Origin: Candidatus Latescibacterota bacterium | GTDB lineage: Bacteria; Latescibacterota; UBA2968 | DNA length: 64,000 nt | Direction: 5' to 3' | Assembly: GCA_965207885.1 (NCBI GenBank) | Contig: OZ242311.1 | Location: 1,632,001-1,696,000 of the forward strand | Shown here: positions 1 to 9,054 of the stretch, piece after piece | Layout: the number at the start of each line of letters is the position of its first letter | How positions within the stretch are numbered: the first letter of the stretch is position 1 | Program-made: the position numbers and the translations under genes | Notes under the pieces: model-generated | What the model was told of the DNA's origin: nothing | The model's input: only the letters and a program-made list of their open reading frames with translations | Database searches by the model: none

Positions 1-1
1 A

Positions 2-331
2 CTGGGCTGATCGCTCGCGCGCCCGCTGTTTTCCCGGAAAAGAAAACTTCTGACTGACCACAAATTGATTCCCACTCATCGGCGTACTACTCAAATTGAA
101 ATCGCTCAACGGCACATTGCTCACCTCAAAGCGAAAAGACGGATCTTCCAGCGCGCCCGCCTGCGGAATTTTCGCTTCAAAAGCAGCCAACCGCGCCCGC
201 AGAACCGACAAATTGGGATTATTTTCCACAGCCTCCTGAATCAGCCCATCCAGATCCAGTTCATCTGCCCGCACAGGCAAAAAAGATATACCCATGAGGC
301 ATAGTCCGATCATGGCTCGGATAGCATACAC
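2..331 (-). CDS. TolC-family outer-membrane efflux protein, N-terminal part (runs off window start; not in ORF track)
   Basis: Read manually: GGAGG RBS, GTG at 331, then (M)YAIRAMIGLCLMGISFLPVRA (signal peptide) DELDLDGLIQEAVENNPNL...QAGALEDPSFRF...SQKFSFPGKQRARER, typical of CusC/CzcC-like OEP N-termini. Confidence 0.8.
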   Translation of the reverse strand, partial: MYAIRAMIGLCLMGISFLPVRADELDLDGLIQEAVENNPNLSVLRARLAAFEAKIPQAGALEDPSFRFEVSNVPLSDFNLSSTPMSGNQFVVSQKFSFPGKQRARERSAQ

Positions 332-466
332 AAGCCACCTCCAGAGAATCTATATTTAGTATTTAAAAAGGAAAAAGTCCGCAAAACATGCGGCAGAAAA
401 AACGACAATCGGGAACAATTTGTACACACCTATCCCCAAATGCCATTCACGCACAGGAAGGAAAAA

Positions 467-820
467 TCAGATGAGAAATGCAGCGTGGAGAAGATACAGA
501 TCGGGCGGTGATCGCAAAGCTCTCTGGCGATCATCCACCACAAAAGGAAGGAAATTACTCTGGGAAAGAACAACAGAGGAATACAACGTCACACAAGTCA
601 AATCCAACTTTGGATTTTGCCATCCACCGGGCAAAACAGCCACGTCGCCCGCTGGCATCTCCTGATCAACTGCTGCCTCTTTGGTACAACAGCAATCTTT
701 CATCTCTGCCGCAGCATGACACTCTGGCATCGACACCTGATGCGCCCAGCACAGACAGGGTGCAACCATTCCTATGAGCGTCAGCGCGACAATAAGAATG
801 TACGGAAAACGATGAAACAC
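467..820 (-). CDS. Small exported Cys/His-rich protein with C-terminal RSPP motif (DUF2946/CruR/CutF-like candidate)
   Basis: N-terminal hydrophobic segment, PCLC, CH and DCCC motifs, C-terminus RALRSPPDLYLLHAAFLI; lies directly upstream of the TolC gene. Confidence 0.6.
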   Translation of the reverse strand: MFHRFPYILIVALTLIGMVAPCLCWAHQVSMPECHAAAEMKDCCCTKEAAVDQEMPAGDVAVLPGGWQNPKLDLTCVTLYSSVVLSQSNFLPFVVDDRQRALRSPPDLYLLHAAFLI

Positions 821-897
821 GGCTCAAATCTCCAGAAGTTGGAAAGTTTACAAAAAAATAGCCAAAAGCGCTTATTTCGTCAAGACACATATTTTTT

Positions 898-1593
898 TTA
901 CCACCACCCGCGCCGCCGGCCTCGCCGACCCCGATCATTTTCCCGGTCTTCGGGCGACTCGCCAATCACAATATCAAAATTTGCCGTCAATTCGCCAATC
1001 TCAGACCCGGGCAATGGCTTAAACGGCACGGACAGCAAATCGTGAGACGCGCGACCAGTATTCCTGAAAATAGAATCCCACTCATTGTCCGGATTGTCTT
1101 TCACGTACATCTGCGAGGTCAAAAGCCGGTGCCCATTTTTATTAATCGCAAAATGAATATGAGCGGTTCGCGACCCCCCGTACCGCACGGGCTTAATCGT
1201 CCGAAAGCGATATTCACCCGTAGATCCCGTCTCAAAACGCCCAAAACCCTGAAAATTGGTATCTCGCCTATTGCGCCGCGGAGCCTCAGAATGGATATAA
1301 ACGCCATTGCTATCGACCTGCCAGATCTCCACTATGGCATCCTTTACGGGATTGGCATTCACATCCAGAACGCGCCCGGTCAAATGCGTAATCTCTCCCA
1401 CGGCTGGCGTAATCGCATCGTTGATTATCACGAGATCATTATCGACATCCAGCGGCATCTCATCCGGATAAAACGGACCCTCGGTTTGCCGGGGTGTAAG
1501 CGTCAGTTGCTCGGCAAAAACCCCTGGCGTCACAAAAACCGCAGCACCCAATGCAGCGGACTGATACAGAAAACGTCGGCGATTAACAGACAT
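898..1593 (-). CDS. Intradiol ring-cleavage dioxygenase family protein with Tat signal
   Basis: NRRRFL twin-arginine signal; TEGPFYP, VEIWQ, G.Y, Y..R.AHIH iron-ligand motifs; GGAGG upstream of ATG at 1593. Confidence 0.85.
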   Translation of the reverse strand: MSVNRRRFLYQSAALGAAVFVTPGVFAEQLTLTPRQTEGPFYPDEMPLDVDNDLVIINDAITPAVGEITHLTGRVLDVNANPVKDAIVEIWQVDSNGVYIHSEAPRRNRRDTNFQGFGRFETGSTGEYRFRTIKPVRYGGSRTAHIHFAINKNGHRLLTSQMYVKDNPDNEWDSIFRNTGRASHDLLSVPFKPLPGSEIGELTANFDIVIGESPEDRENDRGRRGRRRGWW

Positions 1594-1665
1594 CACAACC
1601 TCCATTGCATAAAATCTTCTACATTAGATAACCAAGCTCAATATAGGCAATTTGAATAAAAAACA

Positions 1666-2361
1666 CTAAGGCCGAATCTCCACGTACCGCTCCAGGCGTG
1701 CGACTTCGCCATCATCGACGTACTTGCCGATTTCGCGCCGGAACTGCTCCATGCTCGAATACGGACGGTACTCCTCAAACTCGTGTGCCATCCGCTTTCC
1801 CACGCCGGGAATGGCGAGGATCTCTTCCTCGGTCGCCGTGTTCAAATCGATAGGCACAAAAACATACTGCTCCATCCGCGCAACCTCGGTATCATCTACG
1901 TATTTACCCATCTCACGGCGCCATTGGGCGATAGCCGTATAAGGTCGGTACTCCTCGAACTCGTGCGCCATCCGCTTTCCCACGCCAGGCACCAGAAGAA
2001 TCTCCTCCTCGCTGGCGGTATTCAGATTTATCGGAATAAACATCTGAACGTAGAGTTTCTCGACCTCCCCCTCACCGAGATGCTGTGTGATGACCGGGTG
2101 CAATGCTTCCATACCCAGGAACGGGCGTTGCGCCATAATCGCGTCAACGAGTTCCTTGCCCATCCCGGGAAGTGCGCCGAGTTCATCGGACCCTGCGAGA
2201 TTTGGATTGACGACCATTGCACTACTCGCGGCTTCTTCCGCGGGAGCGTCAGGGGCGGGAGTCTCTTCCACATTCGACCCACCACAACTCCAGAGCATCA
2301 CAAAACACACGAGCAACACCACCATATTGGTAAACTTCACGCTTCTTCCACAAATACTCAT
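1666..2361 (-). CDS. Helix-hairpin-helix (ComEA-like) repeat lipoprotein
   Basis: Lipobox-like LWSC; three xNLNTA..EE....PG(V/M)GK repeats; repeats 2 and 3 nearly identical with a 180-nt period. Confidence 0.8.
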   Translation of the reverse strand: MSICGRSVKFTNMVVLLVCFVMLWSCGGSNVEETPAPDAPAEEAASSAMVVNPNLAGSDELGALPGMGKELVDAIMAQRPFLGMEALHPVITQHLGEGEVEKLYVQMFIPINLNTASEEEILLVPGVGKRMAHEFEEYRPYTAIAQWRREMGKYVDDTEVARMEQYVFVPIDLNTATEEEILAIPGVGKRMAHEFEEYRPYSSMEQFRREIGKYVDDGEVARLERYVEIRP

Positions 2362-2837
2362 GTTCCCTCCTGAGAATTTCTCACTTCACCAGCCCGCAAA
2401 CCGGGGTGGCGAAAACAAACCGCTAAACCGAGCAACCCGAGAAGTGTCATCGTACCTGGTGCCAAAGATGGGGTGGCACCTCCCAGAGCTTCCCAAACAA
2501 GCTCAAGCCCGCCGCGGGACGGATACATCTCCAACTCGAACTCGACATTTCCCTTGTAGTGAAGCCACTGACCGCCAAAGCCCGAAACAACGAACAGCAC
2601 CATCAAAATCTGAAAAACGCGGACACTCGCCACGCCAGGCGCAATAAAGAGCCAACCGGCGCATGGAAGTGCCGCCACAAAGAGCACGAGAGGAACCCAC
2701 TGCCAGAAATCCTCCATATGCTCAAGGAGAACAAGCTCGGCTCCCGTGCCGACAATTCCCATCATCAAAATAGCGAGAACAAAACGCCGAAGCAGGTCGG
2801 CGTCTCCTCGCCGAGATTGTTGGGTTGAGATATCCAA
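2358..2837 (-). CDS. Hypothetical 4-TM membrane protein
   Basis: Four hydrophobic segments; stop overlaps the start of the HhH gene by 4 nt. Confidence 0.7.
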   Translation of the reverse strand: MDISTQQSRRGDADLLRRFVLAILMMGIVGTGAELVLLEHMEDFWQWVPLVLFVAALPCAGWLFIAPGVASVRVFQILMVLFVVSGFGGQWLHYKGNVEFELEMYPSRGGLELVWEALGGATPSLAPGTMTLLGLLGLAVCFRHPGLRAGEVRNSQEGT

Positions 2838-2992
2838 AACGCATTCCTATTTTTAATCACTAAACCTTAGACCAACCAATATGCCAGAACGTTCCCACCT
2901 ATCATCTCCCATCCCACATCTAAACCTTTTTATTTTTTTTATTAAGAATTATATTACACATCCTCACCATTCATTCCCAAAAGGAGAACCCA

Positions 2993-3370
2993 ATGAAAAA
3001 ACAACCCTTCACCAGCACGCGCGGCAACATCCCCAAATTCCCCTACTCACAAGCCATAATCTACGGCGACCTCATCTTCATCTCTGCCCAACCCCCGGTC
3101 GATCCGGAAACCGATGAAATTGTCGGAGACGATATCAAAACGCAAACCCGGTGCATACTCACCAATATCTCGGGCATACTCGAAGACGCGGGAACATCGC
3201 TCGACAACGTTCTAAAAGTAACCGCCATCCTCAAAGACCGCTCTCTTTTCTCGGACTTCAACGACGCCTACGCCGAATTTTTCCCGGAGAATGCACCCAC
3301 GCGCACGCCCATCTTCGGCGATACCGGCGTACACCTCATACTCCTCGACGTCATCGCGGGGATGGAATAA
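2993..3370 (+). CDS. ridA: RidA/YjgF/UK114 family protein
   Basis: PYSQAI, IFISAQ, NV.KVT..L, F..FN.AY.EFF...PTR motifs; AGGAG RBS. Confidence 0.85.
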   Translation: MKKQPFTSTRGNIPKFPYSQAIIYGDLIFISAQPPVDPETDEIVGDDIKTQTRCILTNISGILEDAGTSLDNVLKVTAILKDRSLFSDFNDAYAEFFPENAPTRTPIFGDTGVHLILLDVIAGME

Positions 3371-4379
3371 CCTGAATCGCCAACTTACTCCCCACGCGAA
3401 TCGCCTGCAACATATTCACGGCCTTAGCGATGCCCTTGCCCGCGATATCATAAGCCGTACCGTGATCCACAGACGCCCGCACAATCGGCAAGCCCAGAGT
3501 CACATTGACAGCCTCATCAAACGCCACCAGCTTTGCGGGCACATGGCCTTGATCGTGATACATCGCCACCACGCCATCGTATATTCCATTGTAGGCCTTC
3601 AAAAAAGTCGTATCCGCAGGCAGAGGCCCATCAACGCGCCAGCCCTCACTCAGAGCCTTTTCAACTGCGGGACGGACGACCTCGGCATCTTCGCTACCGA
3701 ACAAGCCATTTTCGCCCGCGTGTGGATTTAACCCGCATACTGCTATCCTGGGGTCTAACTTACCCAGACCGACGAGCACATCGCGGGTAAGCCGAACCGT
3801 ATCGTAAATCAGATCAACCGTAAGCCTATCGGGAACCTCGTGCAACGCAATATGCCCCGTCACATGCGACACATTCATGCGATCAGATACCAGCATAAGA
3901 TGTGCGCGAGCTGCGCCCGATTTCTCAGCCAACAACTCCGTATGCCCCGCAAAAGGATAACCCGCCAGATTCATCGCCTCCTTATTTAAAGGCGCCGTCA
4001 CAATCCCGTCAATTCGATCCGCCATCGCCAGATCAACCGCGCGAATCACCCACTCAGCCGCTACTCTACCCGCCTCGCGACACACCTCGCCCATTGCAAT
4101 CTGATCCACATCCACATCGATCGGACACCAGACATCAACACACCCAAACTCAAACGCACCATCTTCGGGTTGCTTCACAACCCGCACATCCAATCGCACA
4201 CCAGCCACAGTCATATCGCGCTTCAATATTTCCGGATGCCCAATAACCAGCGGCTTACACACGCGATAGCTTTCCCCACGTGCCAGAGCCTTCAAAATTA
4301 CTTCCGGTCCTATACCACACGGATCGCCCATCGTAATGCCCATCAGCGGGCGTTTGTCTAAAACGTCTTTCTCTAACAT
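3351..4379 (-). CDS. pdxA: 4-hydroxythreonine-4-phosphate dehydrogenase (PdxA/PdxA2)
   Basis: ITMGDPCGIGPE, TAPLNKE, GHTE, GLNPHAGE, MYHDQG, SVDHGTAYDIAG. Confidence 0.95.
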   Translation of the reverse strand: MLEKDVLDKRPLMGITMGDPCGIGPEVILKALARGESYRVCKPLVIGHPEILKRDMTVAGVRLDVRVVKQPEDGAFEFGCVDVWCPIDVDVDQIAMGEVCREAGRVAAEWVIRAVDLAMADRIDGIVTAPLNKEAMNLAGYPFAGHTELLAEKSGAARAHLMLVSDRMNVSHVTGHIALHEVPDRLTVDLIYDTVRLTRDVLVGLGKLDPRIAVCGLNPHAGENGLFGSEDAEVVRPAVEKALSEGWRVDGPLPADTTFLKAYNGIYDGVVAMYHDQGHVPAKLVAFDEAVNVTLGLPIVRASVDHGTAYDIAGKGIAKAVNMLQAIRVGSKLAIQVIPSPR

Positions 4380-4388
4380 AAAAATCCC

Positions 4389-4417
4389 AAAAAAAGTGGC
4401 GGTCTCAAAACCGCCAC
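4389..4417 (-). terminator. Intrinsic terminator after the RND gene and small ORF
   Basis: GTGGCGGT/ACCGCCAC 8-bp stem followed by T7 on the minus strand. Confidence 0.8.
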
Positions 4418-4422
4418 AATCC

Positions 4423-4500
4423 TTACTTCTCTTTTCCCTGCCACCTCACCACCAGGACCGCAATGATATACACAACAATCATCCCAATCACTATTTCCAT
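4423..4500 (-). CDS. 25-aa single-TM small protein MEIVIGMIVVYIIAVLVVRWQGKEK (not in ORF track)
   Basis: AGAGGA RBS 6 nt upstream of ATG; hydrophobic core with a basic tail; lies between the RND stop codon and the terminator. Confidence 0.65.
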   Translation of the reverse strand: MEIVIGMIVVYIIAVLVVRWQGKEK

Positions 4501-4519
4501 TACACATCCTCTTTAATCA

Positions 4520-7500
4520 TCAATCATCGTCGGCCGTATCATAAGCCTCATCCCTCGCGCGAGAGGCAAATGCGCCAGCGCTCAAACGCCGAATCGCCAG
4601 ACGCAAATCGTCGAGCAAGGTATAAAACAGGGGCACAACCAGCAACGTCAGAAATGTCGAGGCCAACAGCCCACCCATCATCGTGCGTCCCAAAGGCGCA
4701 TAAGACGAACCCATTGCATTGCTATCGCCCACAGCCATGGGCAGCAAGCCAAAGACCGTTGTAAACGTCGTCATCAAAATGGGGCGAAAGCGATTGTGCC
4801 CCGCTTCCATAATGGCATCAAAGCGATTCATACCATCGGCACGCAAGCGATTGACCATATCCACCAGCACAATCGCGTTATTCACCACCACACCGATCAA
4901 CACAATCACCCCCACAGACGCCATCCTATCCATGGGCGTGCCTGTCAAATACAGCGTCCAGTAAACACCCAAAAAAGAAAATGGAATTGAAAAAAGCACT
5001 GAAAACGGCAAAATAAACGACTCGAACAAAACGCCCATCAACAAAAACACACATATCACCGCCATCACAATTCCCAGCCGCTCAGAGGCTTCGTCCTCTC
5101 TAAGTTGCTTGAAACTCTCTCCCTTGTCCCACGAATACCCGCGGGGCAACTCGAGACCATCCATCACTTTGTCAATCTCCTCGGCCAGACCCTTAATATC
5201 TGCACGCGTCGTATAAGCCCTGACACGCAACTTGACCTTGCCATCGTACCGCGCAATGCGCCCCATCCCCCGCGAGACCTGGAAGAAGGCGACTTCGCTC
5301 AAAGCCACTTCTGTACCATCGTCGGTCTCAAACGGAAAATTGCGCAACTGATTCAAATTTTGTCGGTCTGTCCTATCCAGAAAAAGCCGCACCCGCACCT
5401 CGCCGTCATCGGACTTAAAACGGGGCAACGACACCCCTTGCAGACCATAAGAGATATAGCGCGCAACATCCCGTACAGAAATCCCAAGTCGTTTCGCCCG
5501 CTCCCGATCAATCACGACCCGCACCTCGTCATCGGCAAGTTCCAAATCCGTGTCAACGCCTACAAGAGACGGGATTTGTCTCAAGCGTCGCTCGACCTCA
5601 TCGACGAGACTGACCAGGACCTCGGTATCATCGCCTTCCAGATAAATCGACACGCCCGGATCACTACCACCGCCCTCATTGCGAGCCCCTTCCACGGAAT
5701 GCCGCACACCCACATATCTGGGCATATTTTTGCTAATATCTTCCGCGACTTCAGCCCGTTCCATGGGTCCAGCAACGGGTATCCCCAGAGCACTGCGCGT
5801 ATTTTTGTACGCCACGTACCACCACGGATCATCGCTCTTAGCCGGCATATACAAGCTCAGATTACCGTAGCCAGGTCGGTAGTAAACGCGCAGGGTTTCA
5901 TAGCCGTATTTTTCACGCCGCGCCTCCAGAAATTCCTCAACCTCCCCCACAATATCCTCGGTTTCTTCTGGCGAAAAGTGACGCGGCAACCTCAACCGCA
6001 CATCCAAATCGTTAAACGCGCCACCGCGGGGGCGGTCTGCGCGCTTCAGATTATCCAGGGGATACATCGTCGTTGCCGCAAGTGCCAGCGCGATCAACAC
6101 CGCGTCCCGGCGGTGTCGCAATGTCCAACTCAACATGCGCTCATAAATTCCTCGCGCCTTCACAATAATTTTGGGATTGGGACGCACCCGACCTTTGCCC
6201 AATCGCACCGACGCCAGGGGAATAAACAACAGCGCCACAAATAGCGATCCCACCAGAGCTACCCCAACCGGAACGCCCAGGCGCGTCATGTAAAAAGTCA
6301 TAAACATATTGCCGCTAAACAACATCATAGGCAAAAACACCACCACCGTCGTAAACGTCGCCATAGTAATGGCCTGCCCCACCTCACTCGCACCAAAGAT
6401 AGCGGCATCTTCGGGTGCCTCGCCATTGCCCCGCCGGCGATAAATATTCTCCAAAATCACAATGGCATTATCCACAACCAGCCCAATCCCAACCATAAGT
6501 CCCATCATAGTCACCACATTGAGCGACCAGCCGACAAAATACAACGCGGTCATCGCAATCATCACACACAGCGGAATAGCCAATGTAATAATGGCCGTCA
6601 TCCGCACGGTACGCAAAAAGAACAACAACACCAGCGCGGCAAATAGCCCGCCCCAAAGCCCGGTTTCCCGAAGATTGCGAATCGATTCCTTAATAAAAAA
6701 CCCCTGATTGAACATCACCTGAAACGACACCTGCCCGGCCATGCGCGGATCTTCTTCGATAGCTTTCAATTTTGCCACAACCCTATCGGTCACATCCGCG
6801 ACATTTGCACCCGACTCCTGTTTGATGCCAAAACTCATACCTCTTTTGCCATCAATGCGCTGCGTCCACGATTTTTCGGGCACCTCGAAAACCACCGAAG
6901 CCACATCGCCAAGGCGCACCTTGCCTGCCCGCGATTGAATCTGGATATTTTCAATTTCCCGCAACGTGACATACTGCGCCAGCGACCGCACGTAAAATTT
7001 CTTTGGTCCCTCCCGCACATACCCCCCGGCAAGTGCGAAATTGTCGCCCCTCAAGGTCGAAACAATCTCGCCAATGCGCACACCGCGCGCCCTCATGCGA
7101 TCTTGATCCACCTCCACCATCACTTCCTTGCGATCCGCGCCAAAAATATCCACGCGCCCAACCCCATCCACGCGCTCCAGAGGATACTGCACAAAGGTCT
7201 CGATAAACTGAAAGGGTTCTGTAATGGCCGAGTCAATCGACACAGCCACATACATAACAGACTTCGAATCCTGATCGTATTTGTGAATACGCACCTCGTC
7301 TCGCGCCTCTTCTGGCAACAGGGGCTTGAGGCGCTCGAGCCGATCCGAAACCTGATTGTACGCAACCACCATATCTGTATATTGACGAAATTCCATATGC
7401 ACGCGCGCGCCCCGAGAGCTGTAGCTACGCAGGGTCTTAATACCCTTTACGGTACGCAGCGTCTCTTCCAGCGGCAGGGTGATCTGTTGCTCGGTCTCCT

Positions 7501-7687
7501 GCGGAGAGGCATTGCGAAACCCAACAGATACAGCTAAAAATGGCGGCGTCAAACCATCGGGCATCATCTCGACGGGCATACGCACATACGCCACCGCCCC
7601 CAGTACCAACAGCGCGACAAGGCACATGGTAACAGACACGGGTCGCAACACCGAAATACGCGGTAAAAGAGAAGATTTGGGATTCAT
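4520..7687 (-). CDS. AcrB/AcrD/AcrF-family RND transporter
   Basis: 1055 aa; GLVVDNAIVILENI (TM4), GVVVNNAIVLVD (TM10), RFRPILMTT. Confidence 0.95.
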   Translation of the reverse strand: MNPKSSLLPRISVLRPVSVTMCLVALLVLGAVAYVRMPVEMMPDGLTPPFLAVSVGFRNASPQETEQQITLPLEETLRTVKGIKTLRSYSSRGARVHMEFRQYTDMVVAYNQVSDRLERLKPLLPEEARDEVRIHKYDQDSKSVMYVAVSIDSAITEPFQFIETFVQYPLERVDGVGRVDIFGADRKEVMVEVDQDRMRARGVRIGEIVSTLRGDNFALAGGYVREGPKKFYVRSLAQYVTLREIENIQIQSRAGKVRLGDVASVVFEVPEKSWTQRIDGKRGMSFGIKQESGANVADVTDRVVAKLKAIEEDPRMAGQVSFQVMFNQGFFIKESIRNLRETGLWGGLFAALVLLFFLRTVRMTAIITLAIPLCVMIAMTALYFVGWSLNVVTMMGLMVGIGLVVDNAIVILENIYRRRGNGEAPEDAAIFGASEVGQAITMATFTTVVVFLPMMLFSGNMFMTFYMTRLGVPVGVALVGSLFVALLFIPLASVRLGKGRVRPNPKIIVKARGIYERMLSWTLRHRRDAVLIALALAATTMYPLDNLKRADRPRGGAFNDLDVRLRLPRHFSPEETEDIVGEVEEFLEARREKYGYETLRVYYRPGYGNLSLYMPAKSDDPWWYVAYKNTRSALGIPVAGPMERAEVAEDISKNMPRYVGVRHSVEGARNEGGGSDPGVSIYLEGDDTEVLVSLVDEVERRLRQIPSLVGVDTDLELADDEVRVVIDRERAKRLGISVRDVARYISYGLQGVSLPRFKSDDGEVRVRLFLDRTDRQNLNQLRNFPFETDDGTEVALSEVAFFQVSRGMGRIARYDGKVKLRVRAYTTRADIKGLAEEIDKVMDGLELPRGYSWDKGESFKQLREDEASERLGIVMAVICVFLLMGVLFESFILPFSVLFSIPFSFLGVYWTLYLTGTPMDRMASVGVIVLIGVVVNNAIVLVDMVNRLRADGMNRFDAIMEAGHNRFRPILMTTFTTVFGLLPMAVGDSNAMGSSYAPLGRTMMGGLLASTFLTLLVVPLFYTLLDDLRLAIRRLSAGAFASRARDEAYDTADDD

Positions 7688-7829
7688 GGCAAATTCAGTA
7701 GTTAGTTAGCACCACCAGAATATCGCTCTTAATTATCGAAGATTTACACAAATTTGGCAAACAGAGTTTGCGATGCCCTGTCAGAGGTCGGCGAGTTATG
7801 CAAATTAAAACGTCTTTTGTTAATTTAAG

Positions 7830-7857
7830 TTGCATTCTAATATATAAAGCCTATAAT
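7830..7857 (+). promoter_or_regulatory. Putative sigma70 promoter of the PhyH cluster
   Basis: TTGCAT-16nt-TATAAT in an AT-rich intergenic region. Confidence 0.45.
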
Positions 7858-7924
7858 TATATATTGCAGACCAACTCCCCGAAGAGAAATCGCCCAAATC
7901 TCCTCATTAACCCAGGAGCAGGCC

Positions 7925-8947
7925 ATGACGGACCAGATTGTAGAATTGCGCGTATCCAACGACGCGATCAACGATTCGGAAGAGTTGCGGCGGCGCATCC
8001 GAGAAGAGGGATACCTCTTCTTTCGCAAATTGCAGAACCCGGACAAACTCTGGGAATTGCGGCGGCAAATGCTCAACAAAATGACACCCTGGCTCGTCGA
8101 GGGAACCGACCCCATAGATGGCATCGCCGATATATCCAAACAATGTACCGAAGGCGACCCCGAATACACCGACGTATATCACGAAGTGTATAAACTCGAA
8201 GCCTTTCACCGCATTGCCCATGAACCAGAAGTTCTCGACCTGCTCGAAAAAGTAATGGACAGCCCTGTCTTCCCGCATCCGCACAAAGTCGCTCGCCTGT
8301 GGTTTCCCAAATACACGGCGCACACCACACCGATTCACCAGGACTTTGTCCACTTTCAGGGCAACTTCGACACCTACACCTGCTGGGCACCTGTTGGCGA
8401 CTGCCCCATTGAACTGGGTGGCCTCGCCGTATTGCCCGGCTCTCACAAAATCAATGCCGTGATGAACCACCACTTCTCCCTCGGCGCGGGCAGCCTGTGC
8501 ATCCACACCGACGAATTGAAAGGCCAATGGCACAGTACAGAATACGAAATCGGCGATACCCTCATCTTCCCTGCACTCACGGTACATCAGGCTCTACCAA
8601 ACCTCACCGAAGACCGCCTTCGTGTCTCCCTCGACAACCGCTATCAAAAACTCGGCGACACCCTATCTGAACACATGCTCGAACCCCATCTGAACATCTT
8701 TAACAATCTCACCTGGGAAGACGTGTACAAAGACTGGGCAAGCGACGACCTCAAATACTACTGGCAAAACCAGAACAATCACATCATACCCCGCGACCTC
8801 AGCTATTCAGAGAAAGGTTTTGCAGAAGCCCTCGAACTGGCTAAAGCGGGAGATGAGCGCGCGTATATTGCCATGAATCGCGCCATACGACGCGATCCCA
8901 ACTCACCTCAGGCTCAAGCTGCCAGAAAAGCTCTGGCACTTGCGTGA
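7925..8947 (+). CDS. Phytanoyl-CoA dioxygenase (PhyH) family Fe(II)/2-oxoglutarate dioxygenase
   Basis: TPIHQD (HxD), TCWAP.GD, LTVHQA..N, R.SLD.RYQ. Confidence 0.9.
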   Translation: MTDQIVELRVSNDAINDSEELRRRIREEGYLFFRKLQNPDKLWELRRQMLNKMTPWLVEGTDPIDGIADISKQCTEGDPEYTDVYHEVYKLEAFHRIAHEPEVLDLLEKVMDSPVFPHPHKVARLWFPKYTAHTTPIHQDFVHFQGNFDTYTCWAPVGDCPIELGGLAVLPGSHKINAVMNHHFSLGAGSLCIHTDELKGQWHSTEYEIGDTLIFPALTVHQALPNLTEDRLRVSLDNRYQKLGDTLSEHMLEPHLNIFNNLTWEDVYKDWASDDLKYYWQNQNNHIIPRDLSYSEKGFAEALELAKAGDERAYIAMNRAIRRDPNSPQAQAARKALALA

Positions 8948-9054
8948 TCGACATCATTTTCATACAACGCTTTTTCTCCAGGGAGGTTTCTATTTTTAGG
9001 CATGGCTTTTATCGAGACAGTATTTTCACACAACGTTTTTCAGGAGGACCGGTG

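Noticed and set aside
3351-3370. 20-nt convergent overlap of ridA and pdxA
   Set aside because: Short 3' overlaps of convergent genes are common
5105-6244. Long antisense ORFs (also 30021-31007, 31080-31949, 42892-44001, 38866-39657)
   Set aside because: They shadow well-conserved genes on the opposite strand, have no recognisable motifs, and are expected from codon bias
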